Positions 1 through 9,013 of a stretch of DNA of 30,796 nucleotides are shown here, in pieces. The DNA is taken from IMG/VR virus record IMGVR_UViG_3300032277_000050, positions 1 to 30,796 of that record. The stretch is one strand, 5' to 3'. Under the pieces are notes generated by a model. It was not told the DNA's origin, searched no databases, and saw only the letters and a list, made by a program, of their open reading frames with translations. How positions within the stretch are numbered: the stretch's first letter is position 1; the number at the start of each line of letters is the position of its first letter. Origin of the DNA: a virus. Taxonomy: Duplodnaviria > Caudoviricetes. Both the position numbers and the translations under genes were made by a program.

Positions 1-71
1 AAAACGTACGGCGGAAAATTTACCGGCAATCGTGATGCGCGGGGCGTTGCCCATTATATCCGGTAAAAAGC

Positions 72-106
72 CCGGCAACCGGCAACCGGCAACCGGCAAC
101 CGGCAA
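72..106. repeat. Tandem heptamer repeat (CCGGCAA)x5
   Basis: Five exact copies read directly; one isolated copy also at 23-29. Confidence 0.95.
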
Positions 107-108
107 GC

Positions 109-134
109 GCGGGCAGCGGGCAGCGGGCAGCGGG
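109..134. repeat. Tandem heptamer repeat (GCGGGCA)x3.7
   Basis: Three exact copies plus GCGGG, directly after the CCGGCAA array. Confidence 0.9.
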
Positions 135-300
135 GCGCGATACGCGGGGCGCGGGCTTAAAAACTAGGATTCCGATATCGAGTCAAAAAACCGTGAAAAA
201 TCAGACGTTTACCAAAAATCGCGCAGCGCGGCCACGGGCTCTGCTGGCGCAGGCAAGGGCCATGTTTCTGACAAATAGTTATATAAAAAACGATATGGAT

Positions 301-316
301 TGTTTCACGTGAAACA
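301..316. promoter_or_regulatory. parS: parS-type 16-bp palindrome TGTTTCACGTGAAACA
   Basis: Perfect inverted repeat matching the bacterial chromosomal ParB-binding consensus TGTTNCACGTGAAACA; intergenic. Confidence 0.85.
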
Positions 317-378
317 TTGCCTATTTTTTAGGCACCTCCTGCCCAAATACTGAGCTTAGATTGCCTATTTTTTAGGCA
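316..378. repeat. 19-bp direct repeat ATTGCCTATTTTTTAGGCA x2, each containing the palindrome TGCCTA-N5-TAGGCA (operator-like)
   Basis: Exact copies at 316-334 and 360-378; degenerate inverted copy at 399-415 (13/17). Confidence 0.85.
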
Positions 379-451
379 AAAACGGAAAACTTGTTAACTG
401 AGCAAAAAACAGGCATAAATATTTTATAAATTTTTTGTTCAGGGGCCCCCT

Positions 452-1897
452 ATGGATGTTTCCGATCAGGAGTTAAAGCTTCGCCTGCGACTCGCGCAAA
501 TCGAGAAGAATGAAGCTTGCCAAGAGGACTTCCTAACTTTTGTAAAATCTATGTGGCCCGAGTTTATTGCTGGTCGTCACCACAAGATTATTGCAGAAAA
601 GCTGGAAAGAGTTTCAAAAGGCGAATTAAAGCGCTTGATTATCAACATGGCCCCGCGCCATACGAAGTCAGAGTTCGCATCCTTCTTGTTTCCTGCGTGG
701 ATGATGGGCAAGAACCCACGGATGAAGATCATTCAGGCAACGCACACCACGGAGCTTGCCGTTAACTTTGGCCGTAAAACCAAAAACCTTTTGGACGACG
801 ACCGCTATAAAGAGGTATTTCCTGATGTTAAACTGGCTGCGGATAGTAAGGCGTCTGGACGTTGGGATACCTCTAGCGGAGGCATGTACTATGCTGTTGG
901 CGTTGGCAGTAATCTTGCTGGCCGTGGTGGGGATCTTGTAATCATTGACGATCCGCACTCGGAGCAGACGGCGATGTCCGCCAACGGCTTTGACGATGCT
1001 TGGGACTGGTACACAGGGGGCCCCCGGCAGAGGCTCCAGCCGGGTGGGTCGATTGTTTTGGTCCAGACCCGGTGGTCCGAAAAGGATATGACGGGCCAGC
1101 TTTTAAGAGCGATGGCTAAAGACCCCCTAGCGGATCAGTGGGAAGTTGTAGAGTTACCGGCTATTTTTGATGACGGGACCCCGTGTTGGCCGGAGTTCTG
1201 GTCTCTTGAAGATTTGACCGCGGTAAAGGCGTCCATTCCCCCGAGCAAGTGGAACGCGCAGTATCAGCAGAACCCAACGGGTGAAGAGAATGCGATTATT
1301 CCGCGTGAGTGGTGGAAAAAGTGGGAAAAGGACAGCATACCAAACCTTGAATACGTCATTCAGAGCTATGACACGGCGTTTAGTAAGCGGGAGACGGCGG
1401 ACTACAGCGCGATAACAACGTGGGGCGTATTTCGTCCGGAGGAGGCTGGGGGTCCCCCGGGAATAATATTATTAGATAGTAAAAAGGACCGGTGGGACTT
1501 TCCGGAGCTCAAGAAGGAGGCTTTGGAGCAGTATCATTATTGGGAACCGGATACTGTAATTGTAGAAGCCAAGGCGTCTGGTCTACCTTTGACGCAGGAA
1601 TTAAGAAACATGGGCATACCCGTTGTTAACTTTACGCCGAGCAAGGGAAATGATAAACTAACGAGAGTTCACTCTGTGTCGCCTCTTTTTGAGTCCGGTA
1701 TGGTTTGGGCCCCCGACACCGTCTTTGCTGATGAGATGATAGAGGAGGTGGCGGCATTTCCAAACGGGGAGCACGATGACTTGGTTGACAGCATGACACA
1801 GGCATTAATGCGCTACCGGCAAGGTAATTTTGTCCAGTTGCCCAGCGACGATTGGGATGACGAGGACGCACAGGTTCAGATAAGGGCATATTATTAA
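452..1897 (+). CDS. terL: Terminase large subunit
   Basis: Walker A-like MAPRHTKS, Walker B LVIIDD, motif VQTRW, RNase H-like nuclease with SYDTA and HDDLVDS. Confidence 0.96.
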   Translation: MDVSDQELKLRLRLAQIEKNEACQEDFLTFVKSMWPEFIAGRHHKIIAEKLERVSKGELKRLIINMAPRHTKSEFASFLFPAWMMGKNPRMKIIQATHTTELAVNFGRKTKNLLDDDRYKEVFPDVKLAADSKASGRWDTSSGGMYYAVGVGSNLAGRGGDLVIIDDPHSEQTAMSANGFDDAWDWYTGGPRQRLQPGGSIVLVQTRWSEKDMTGQLLRAMAKDPLADQWEVVELPAIFDDGTPCWPEFWSLEDLTAVKASIPPSKWNAQYQQNPTGEENAIIPREWWKKWEKDSIPNLEYVIQSYDTAFSKRETADYSAITTWGVFRPEEAGGPPGIILLDSKKDRWDFPELKKEALEQYHYWEPDTVIVEAKASGLPLTQELRNMGIPVVNFTPSKGNDKLTRVHSVSPLFESGMVWAPDTVFADEMIEEVAAFPNGEHDDLVDSMTQALMRYRQGNFVQLPSDDWDDEDAQVQIRAYY

Positions 1898-3150
1898 TGG
1901 GCGATTCGATAGTAGATTTGGGGGCCGCGGCGGCTGATTATGTAGGCGACGCTCTTTCTGGTGCATATGATTATTTAACAGGGACCTCTGAAGCTTCGGC
2001 CAGTGGTGGTTACTACAAATCTCTTGGACCGGGCGCTCGGCAGTATTATTCGGGTCCCGGAGAAGATAAAAGCTCTTCTATTATGGATTACATTGGTTTT
2101 GAGGATGGCGGCGCAGTAGATCTTGGCGCAGGGTCCCCCGAAGAAATGGAAAAATTTCTAGAGTTTTTGCGTAAAAACCGTCCTGTGTACAAGGAGGGTG
2201 ATGAGCGCCCGTACACCTATTACAGCGATATGCTGATGGTTCCCGAAGAGAAAAGAAACACGCCAGAGCAGGAGTACGAGACTTTGCCTCGTGCTGATCT
2301 GTATGAGGGCTTTGCGGAACCTTCTTATGGTATCACGTTAGAGGACATTGAAAAGGGAACTGCCCGCTTGTCTGACATACAGGACGAGGCGGTGATGGGG
2401 AATCCTTATGCTGGCACGTCTGGTAATTTTGTACCACAGCAGTACGAGATTGTTGACGGCAGTGTGATCGCCAATCCTGTTGGTTTTGGCGGTGGCGGCG
2501 TTGTATCGTTAGGCGCGGGTGATCCGGGGTATATAGACATGGGTGACATGTCTATGAACGAAGGGTTTGGCTTGTCCCGCGACGATCCGGCATACATGCA
2601 GGAAAGCGGTTTTTCTGGACCGGCATACGCGGAAGACCAAACGCGGCCCGCGGATCTTTTAGGTCCTTTTTTTGAGGAGTACAATCCGGTAGACGGTGAG
2701 TATAAGCGCCTTGAACGCTATGACATGTATCAGGATTTTCCGGAGGGCCGCAGAGGGTCTGACTTTGGTCGCTCGGCCCCGGAGATTGCAATGCAAGACG
2801 GTGGCAGTCCGGCGGTAGAGGGCATTATGTCCGTGGACCTTAGTAAGGGGGCGGACACAACGGGCCCTGACACAATGCAGCCTATTCCGCAATATCCGGG
2901 CATAGAGGGTTTTGACATATATAAGGATTTAGCTCCGGAGCAATTTAAGCGTCGCCCTATAGACAAGCAGATGTTTGATAAGAAGCGCGGCTTTCAGTTT
3001 GGTCAGATGGTTGAGTTGCGTAACGAGGCCGTTGGCGGCAAGTTGTTGAAGCAGGCTGGTATTATGATGCCTGTGGATCAGGTGAAGCAGACGGTTGATC
3101 CGAAGGTCATGGATCAGATGTCACGGATCTTGGGGCGGCAAGTTGTCTGA
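1897..3150 (+). CDS. Hypothetical acidic protein with repeated xxGG-x-V-[DS]-LGAG modules; possible virion-internal protein
   Basis: 417-aa ORF, TAATG-coupled to terL; internal repeats FEDGGAVDLGAG and FGGGGVVSLGAG. Confidence 0.75.
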   Translation: MGDSIVDLGAAAADYVGDALSGAYDYLTGTSEASASGGYYKSLGPGARQYYSGPGEDKSSSIMDYIGFEDGGAVDLGAGSPEEMEKFLEFLRKNRPVYKEGDERPYTYYSDMLMVPEEKRNTPEQEYETLPRADLYEGFAEPSYGITLEDIEKGTARLSDIQDEAVMGNPYAGTSGNFVPQQYEIVDGSVIANPVGFGGGGVVSLGAGDPGYIDMGDMSMNEGFGLSRDDPAYMQESGFSGPAYAEDQTRPADLLGPFFEEYNPVDGEYKRLERYDMYQDFPEGRRGSDFGRSAPEIAMQDGGSPAVEGIMSVDLSKGADTTGPDTMQPIPQYPGIEGFDIYKDLAPEQFKRRPIDKQMFDKKRGFQFGQMVELRNEAVGGKLLKQAGIMMPVDQVKQTVDPKVMDQMSRILGRQVV

Positions 3151-4858
3151 TTACCCTACAATGAGGAGATATCCTGAAAGGGACGGACCCATTGAAGGAG
3201 AGATACCGGCTACTCTGAAAGGTCTGGCTCAAGGTGCAACCACTGATTTAGGTGGCGGTATCTTGGACGCGGGGGCAGCGATCACAGGTGCTGCTTCAGA
3301 GATAGACCCTAGTGTACAGGTTTTTTCTCCTACTGCTTCGGCCTTGTCCGCGGCCAATCCTTTTCTTCAAAGTCTTGTAGATAAGTATGGATCAGAGGCT
3401 TTAGGTGAAGCTATATACGGTAAAGAGGACACTCCTTTACTGCAAAAAATCCGGGATGACGCTCGTTTGATTGGTGGAATAGCCGGTCTAGGTGAGATGG
3501 CTACAGCTAAAGCCGCTAAATTTGCGGCTGAAGGCATTGGGAATTTCATGCGGTTTTTGCCGAATGTGCGCCCGCAGGCGGTAACTCCGGATGGTCAGAT
3601 TATTCCGTTACCGGACGAGTCCCTTCCTAACACATCTGTAACGTCTATGTCTTCGGACGATTTCACATCAGGTTTAAAAAACTTACAGTCTTCCAAGTCA
3701 AAAATTTTGTCGCTGACGGACAGGGATGAGGCTTTTGATGCTACGGCTAATTTACAACGTGGGACGCCTGAAGTTCAAATGGTTAATACCCAGAGGCTTA
3801 TGGGTGGAGGAGTTTTAAGCTATGCGATTGAGCATGGTGGTGATTTGTTGCACCGAATGACAGAAAGAGGGGGTAATTTTTCTGAATTTGCTAGACCCAA
3901 GGTAAAAAGTTTAATTCGCTCTTTAGAGAGCGAATATGGTTTTGGGCGCGAGTTCACGGAGAATATGCGTAGCAATTACCGGTCTAAGTTAGAAGCAGCT
4001 AAATCGCAGGGCGAAGAATTTTACCCGACTTTTGAAGATTACGAAGATGCTGTTCTAAAAAATTTAGATAATTATGCGGCATACCATTCACAGTTGCCTG
4101 TATTTAATGAGTTGCAACAAGCAGCAAGAGACACGGCTATATCTTTGGGCAAGCGTGATTTTGATGGAGCGTTAGAAAATTTACGAATATTAGACGACGC
4201 CATTGAAGACGGATCTTTTGTAGAGCGCAATAGAAGTTTTGATCCGGAGTTTGAAACGAAGGCCGCGGCCCAAAGTTCTACTTTGTATCGCTCTGAGGCA
4301 GCAAGTTATGAAAACCCAAATGAGGGTGCGATTTTTTATACTCCCGATAAGTCGTATTCGGATCTCTATGCGAGTGAGGACCGAGTGTTGCGGAAAACAA
4401 GTTTACCCGCAGATGTTTTTGACATTCGGGAGCCCCGCAACTCAGAAGCTGTGCTAAATTGGGTTAACCAGAAAGTTTCAAACTTAGAAGACCTTTCTGG
4501 TGCTTCGGTGGACATAAGGGATGTTTATGCCGGTATTGAACAAGGTGGCCCGCAGGGCGCGTCTCGTGCTTTAGCTGCTTATAACAACATTTTAGCTAAA
4601 CAGGCGGAGCGTTCTATAATTCCGGGTCAAGCGGAAAAGATGTTTATGCAGGATTTCGGCGTTGACGCGATGACTATAAAAGAGGCTGGTCGAGACTTAG
4701 ATGAATATAGCGTAGCTTTTAAAGACGCTCCCGTGAACAAAGCTCAAGGCGGCGTAATAACTTTGGCCGACGTAGCGCGGAACATGAACCGCGGCCCGCG
4801 GGGCGTAGCCGCTCTTGCACCAATAGCTAGGAATATGAACCGGCCTATGGTAAGTTAG
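3143..4858 (+). CDS. Large hypothetical protein with a putative ADP-ribosyltransferase-like domain near the C-terminus
   Basis: Long ORF (track start 3095; TTG 3143 or ATG 3161 more likely given the upstream stop at 3150). Pattern LYR...IFYTPD...YA...GVDAM...EYSVAF. ORF is solid, function tentative. Confidence 0.7.
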   Translation: MSDYPTMRRYPERDGPIEGEIPATLKGLAQGATTDLGGGILDAGAAITGAASEIDPSVQVFSPTASALSAANPFLQSLVDKYGSEALGEAIYGKEDTPLLQKIRDDARLIGGIAGLGEMATAKAAKFAAEGIGNFMRFLPNVRPQAVTPDGQIIPLPDESLPNTSVTSMSSDDFTSGLKNLQSSKSKILSLTDRDEAFDATANLQRGTPEVQMVNTQRLMGGGVLSYAIEHGGDLLHRMTERGGNFSEFARPKVKSLIRSLESEYGFGREFTENMRSNYRSKLEAAKSQGEEFYPTFEDYEDAVLKNLDNYAAYHSQLPVFNELQQAARDTAISLGKRDFDGALENLRILDDAIEDGSFVERNRSFDPEFETKAAAQSSTLYRSEAASYENPNEGAIFYTPDKSYSDLYASEDRVLRKTSLPADVFDIREPRNSEAVLNWVNQKVSNLEDLSGASVDIRDVYAGIEQGGPQGASRALAAYNNILAKQAERSIIPGQAEKMFMQDFGVDAMTIKEAGRDLDEYSVAFKDAPVNKAQGGVITLADVARNMNRGPRGVAALAPIARNMNRPMVS

Positions 4859-4876
4859 GCCTAGAGGAGATAAGAG

Positions 4877-7318
4877 ATGGCACGTAAACCAATTGGCGGT
4901 TTGATGGACAAGAATGTTCCTTCGCAGCTTGATCCGGAGGATTTAGCGGCGGAAGTAGAGCTTGAGGTTCCGGGCAGCATGGACAACGTCGTGTCTTTTG
5001 AGGGCATGGCTGAAGGCATGGACATTGAGATTTCTCCGGAGGAGGACGGTGGTGTAACCGTTGATTTTGATCCGGAAGATCAGCGCGGCATGAACGACGA
5101 TTTTTATACAAACTTAGCGGAAGAGATGCCGGACCGTGAGCTTGACCGCATTGCCGGTGAGTTATTGGGTGAGTTTGACGCTAACAAGGCAGGAAGGCAG
5201 GATTGGGAAGATGCTTATGCAAACGGTCTTGAACTGCTTGGGTTCAACTACGAGGAGAGGACCCAGCCATTTAGAGGGGCTTCTGGGGTTACGCACCCGT
5301 TGCTTGCCGAGGCGGCTACGCAGTTTCAGGCGCAGGCGTTCAATGAGTTGTTGCCAGCCAGCGGCCCCGTGCGAACTGCTATTATGGGAAGCGAAACAAG
5401 AGAAAAGCAGCAGCAGTCGCAACGCGTAAGACATTTTATGAATTATTACGTCACTAACGTGATGGAAGATTACACGCCGGACATGGATCAGATGCTGTTC
5501 TATTTACCGCTGGCGGGTAGTACCTTTAAGAAGGTTTATTACGACGAGACCTTGGGCCGTGCGGTAAGTAAGTTTATACCGGCGCAAAACTTGGTTGTAC
5601 CGTATGAGACTTCTGATTTGGACACATGTCCAAACATAACCCAGTCTATTCGGATGTCTTTAAACGATTTGCGGAAAAAGCAGGTCGCGGGCTTTTATTT
5701 GGATGTTCCGGTCATTCCGGCGCAGGCTGAGATGGACTCTGTCTCAGACGAGCTAGACCGGATAGACGGTACGTCATCTACGCAGATTGATTACGACTGC
5801 ACCATTTTGGAGTGTCATGTTGATCTGGATTTGGAAGGGTATGAGGAGCTTGACGAGGACGGCGAACCTACAGGTATTAAAATACCATATGTTGTCACAA
5901 TCAGTCAGGATAACGGGCAAGTCTTGTCTATTCGCCGGAATTACCGCGAGGATGACGAGTTAAAGCGCAAAATCCAGTATTTTGTGCATTATAAGTTCCT
6001 TCCGGGCTTTGGTTTCTATGGTTTAGGCCTCATTCATACTATTGGCGGTTTGTCACGAACCGCCACGGCGGCACTGCGACAGTTAATTGATGCTGGTACG
6101 TTGTCCAATCTCCCAGCGGGTTTCAAGGCCCGTGGGCTACGTATCCGGGATGATGATGATCCGTTGCAGCCCGGTGAGTTCCGTGACGTGGACGCACCCG
6201 GAGGGGCTATTCGTGACAGCCTGATGCCGTTGCCATTTAAGGGTCCTGACCAGACGTTGTTTAATTTGTTAGGTTTTGTGGTTCAGGCGGGTCAGCGGTT
6301 TGCCACGATTACGGACATGAAGGTCGGGGACGGTAACCAGCAGGCGGCAGTAGGTACAACTATTGCGATGCTGGAGCAGGGCTCTCGGGTAATGAGCGCT
6401 GTGCATAAACGTATGCACTATGCCATGAAGCAAGAGTTCAGGATTTTGGCTCGGGTAATGAGCGAGAGCTTGCCGCAGGAGTATCCGTATTCTGTAGAGG
6501 GTGCGGACGCCACGGTAATGCGGTCTGATTTTGATGACCGCGTAGATATCATACCGGTATCTGACCCGAATGTATTTAGTCAGGCGCAGCGCATTGCTTT
6601 GGCTCAGACTAAGTTGCAGTTGGCGGGGGCGGCCCCTGAGTTGCACAACATGTACGAGGTGTATCGGGACATGTACGACGCACTTGGTGTGCGGGACGTG
6701 GACCGTATTATGAAGCGCATTCCTGATGATGAGCCGACTCCGAAGGATCCGGCGCAGGAGAACATCGACGTAATGGACATGGTGCCGTTACACGCTTTTG
6801 AGGGTCAGGAGCACGAGGCGCACATTATGGCGCACATGGTCTTTGGCTCTACTCCTATGGTGGGAAGTATGCCGACTATGGCTATGGCCTTGCAGAAGCA
6901 CATTATGGAGCACGTAAAGATTGCGGCGCGTGAGCGGGCAGCGGTGCAGTTTATCCAGAGCAGGCAGGCCGCGGGCGGCGAGGCGGCCACTGAGGAAGAG
7001 ATGTTGCAGATTGAAGGCTTAACGGCACAGTTTGTTGCGGAAGGTATGCAGATGGTCAAGCAGATGTCTGGTCAGATCTCTGGTGAAGGCCCTGATCCGC
7101 TGGTTCAGCTTAAAGAGCAGGAGCTTCAGATCAAGGCGCAGGCCGAGCAGGCGGATGCACAGAACGACCAAGCCAAGTTGCAGCTTGACGCACAGAACCA
7201 GCAGTTGCGGGCGGATCAGTTCCAGCAGCGGTTGGCGGCGCAAGAGCGGCAGACACAGGCACGTATTCAGTCTGCTATGGAGCGTGAATTACTTAAACTT
7301 GGCAGAGGAGGCCAGTAA
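4877..7318 (+). CDS. Portal protein (P22-like, with C-terminal coiled coil)
   Basis: 813 aa, RBS GAGGAG; motifs HPLLAEAATQFQA, LPLAGSTFKKVY, FYGLGLIHTIGG; Gln-rich C-terminal helix; position after terL. Confidence 0.9.
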   Translation: MARKPIGGLMDKNVPSQLDPEDLAAEVELEVPGSMDNVVSFEGMAEGMDIEISPEEDGGVTVDFDPEDQRGMNDDFYTNLAEEMPDRELDRIAGELLGEFDANKAGRQDWEDAYANGLELLGFNYEERTQPFRGASGVTHPLLAEAATQFQAQAFNELLPASGPVRTAIMGSETREKQQQSQRVRHFMNYYVTNVMEDYTPDMDQMLFYLPLAGSTFKKVYYDETLGRAVSKFIPAQNLVVPYETSDLDTCPNITQSIRMSLNDLRKKQVAGFYLDVPVIPAQAEMDSVSDELDRIDGTSSTQIDYDCTILECHVDLDLEGYEELDEDGEPTGIKIPYVVTISQDNGQVLSIRRNYREDDELKRKIQYFVHYKFLPGFGFYGLGLIHTIGGLSRTATAALRQLIDAGTLSNLPAGFKARGLRIRDDDDPLQPGEFRDVDAPGGAIRDSLMPLPFKGPDQTLFNLLGFVVQAGQRFATITDMKVGDGNQQAAVGTTIAMLEQGSRVMSAVHKRMHYAMKQEFRILARVMSESLPQEYPYSVEGADATVMRSDFDDRVDIIPVSDPNVFSQAQRIALAQTKLQLAGAAPELHNMYEVYRDMYDALGVRDVDRIMKRIPDDEPTPKDPAQENIDVMDMVPLHAFEGQEHEAHIMAHMVFGSTPMVGSMPTMAMALQKHIMEHVKIAARERAAVQFIQSRQAAGGEAATEEEMLQIEGLTAQFVAEGMQMVKQMSGQISGEGPDPLVQLKEQELQIKAQAEQADAQNDQAKLQLDAQNQQLRADQFQQRLAAQERQTQARIQSAMERELLKLGRGGQ

Positions 7319-7516
7319 ATGAAAAGCGCAGTAAAAATTGTAACGAATAAGCCGGGTGCGGCACCCAAGGCAGTAGAATATGCTCAGATTGATAATCAGG
7401 GCCGCATTCCTTATGGCAAGACCGCGGATGTAAAGGTTCCAGTCAGCATGAGTCGTGCAACGGCTCGTGGCATGGGCGCTGCCGTAAAAGGTGGCGGCTA
7501 CAATAGTTGTAGCTAA
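7319..7516 (+). CDS. Small basic hypothetical protein
   Basis: 65 aa abutting the portal stop; [11 protein letters not shown] motif. Confidence 0.75.
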   Translation: MKSAVKIVTNKPGAAPKAVEYAQIDNQGRIPYGKTADVKVPVSMSRATARGMGAAVKGGGYNSCS

Positions 7517-7662
7517 TGCCGTTAACGCGTGGGTCAAGTCAGTCCACTATCAGCAAGAACATTAGTAAGCTGATGGATGAGGGCTACAAGCAGAAGCAGG
7601 CTATCGCTATTGCTTTGTCAGAGGCAGGTAAGTCAAAGAAGAAAAAACGAAAAAAGGCATAG
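7516..7662 (+). CDS. Small Lys-rich protein, DUF6496-like (not in ORF track)
   Basis: Hand translation [48 protein letters not shown] (48 aa); TAATG overlap; [11 protein letters not shown] motif. Confidence 0.8.
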   Translation: MPLTRGSSQSTISKNISKLMDEGYKQKQAIAIALSEAGKSKKKKRKKA

Positions 7663-7682
7663 TTTTTTAGCTTGGGGGCAAA

Positions 7683-8162
7683 ATGATTGCGGAGACTTTA
7701 GCAGGAATAGCCCTGTTTAAAAGTGCTGTAGACGGCATAAAAGGAGCGATTGGCACGGCTAATGACGTGTCTGAAATTGCGGGCTATATAGACAAGCTTT
7801 TTGAAGGCGAAAAGCAGGTTCAAGAACGGCGCAATAAAAAAGCCTCCGCTGCCGGACTAGCCGATCAGTTTGGTGTAGAAACGGTCGCCTCCGAAATCAT
7901 AGACGCTAAGCTAGCTAAAGAAAAAATGTATGAAATCAGCCAGTTAGTGGATTTACGGTTTGGGCCCGGCACTTGGAAATCAATTGTTGACGAAAGAGCT
8001 AGACGTATACAGGAGGCAAAAGAAATGGCAGCAGCGGCAAGAAAGAAAAAAATGCAGGAAGCAAAGGAATTTGAGGAAAACATGAAGCAGGTTGTGTTGG
8101 TATCAACCGTAGTAGTTTTAAGCGTGGTGTTTTTTGTCTTTTTGTTTTCAATAATGTTATGA
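7683..8162 (+). CDS. Hypothetical protein with C-terminal transmembrane anchor
   Basis: 159 aa, helical/coiled-coil body, hydrophobic tail VVLVSTVVVLSVVFFVFLFSIML. Confidence 0.8.
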   Translation: MIAETLAGIALFKSAVDGIKGAIGTANDVSEIAGYIDKLFEGEKQVQERRNKKASAAGLADQFGVETVASEIIDAKLAKEKMYEISQLVDLRFGPGTWKSIVDERARRIQEAKEMAAAARKKKMQEAKEFEENMKQVVLVSTVVVLSVVFFVFLFSIML

Positions 8163-8479
8163 CCCAGAAGAAGTTAGAAAACAACAGCCGTTATAATAAA
8201 CACGATCTGGACGGTGACGGTATCGTAACAGACGCGGAACTGGCGCGAGAAAAAGAAATGATTGAAATAGAGCTTCGTGAGGAAAAAAGCGAAGCTCAAA
8301 AACGCATGGCTTGGATTGCTATGGGCAGCATGATTGTATTTAGCATCGTTCTTTTTTTACCGGTTGTATCGGACAATCGCGTTAAAGCTTTAGCCGACTT
8401 GCTGGGTCTTTTCTACATAGCGCAAGCTGGCGTGGTGGGCGCATACATGGGCACAACAGCGTGGATGAGTAGAAAATAA
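8159..8479 (+). CDS. Two-TM membrane protein with EF-hand-like loop (holin-like candidate)
   Basis: DLDGDGIVTDAE loop followed by two hydrophobic segments; ATGA overlap. Confidence 0.75.
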   Translation: MTQKKLENNSRYNKHDLDGDGIVTDAELAREKEMIEIELREEKSEAQKRMAWIAMGSMIVFSIVLFLPVVSDNRVKALADLLGLFYIAQAGVVGAYMGTTAWMSRK

Positions 8480-8805
8480 TGGAGAATTTACGTATACCGG
8501 TAGCTCTTGTTGTGGCAATGGTTCTGCAAATCTCCGGTGGCGTCTGGTGGGTTGGGCAGCAAGCTCAGACAATTTCACAGCTAGAAGAGACTGTGAAGGA
8601 AATGTCTAGTCGCATGGCGATTGAAGCAAATGTAAATATGAAACGCGATATTCAGCGCAATACTGAGTCTATTGAAGGTTTGTTTGAAGCTGCACAAAGC
8701 AACAGTATGCACATGGATAAAATTGTTGATTTACTCCGGCGCGTCTCAGTTATTGAAACAGAAATACGCTTTTTGTTGAACCCTACTAGACACCCGATGG
8801 AATGA
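8479..8805 (+). CDS. Membrane-anchored coiled-coil protein
   Basis: N-terminal hydrophobic helix then heptad-like region; TAATG overlap. Confidence 0.75.
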   Translation: MENLRIPVALVVAMVLQISGGVWWVGQQAQTISQLEETVKEMSSRMAIEANVNMKRDIQRNTESIEGLFEAAQSNSMHMDKIVDLLRRVSVIETEIRFLLNPTRHPME

Positions 8806-8806
8806 T

Positions 8807-9013
8807 ATGTTTCAAGCTCTTGTCCTTGCATGTATGGTTTTTCAACCAACCGTATGTTGGCAGCTAGAGGACCAGCTTGGGCCGTACAAAACGTATGAGA
8901 AATGCGAGGCTAGGGCGTTAGAAATGGGAAGAGCGGTTCATATCCACATGGCGGGTTATCGGCCGGTATCTTGGAAATGTCAGGCTTTGCCAAAAGGGAG
9001 ATTAAGCACATGA
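8807..9013 (+). CDS. Small four-cysteine hypothetical protein
   Basis: 68 aa, hydrophobic N-terminus, four Cys; fills the gap between neighbours. Confidence 0.7.
   Translation: MFQALVLACMVFQPTVCWQLEDQLGPYKTYEKCEARALEMGRAVHIHMAGYRPVSWKCQALPKGRLST

Noticed and set aside
8807-9013. o-spanin lipoprotein (VLAC)
   Set aside because: Cys is at residue 9 with no basic n-region; too short for a signal II peptide.
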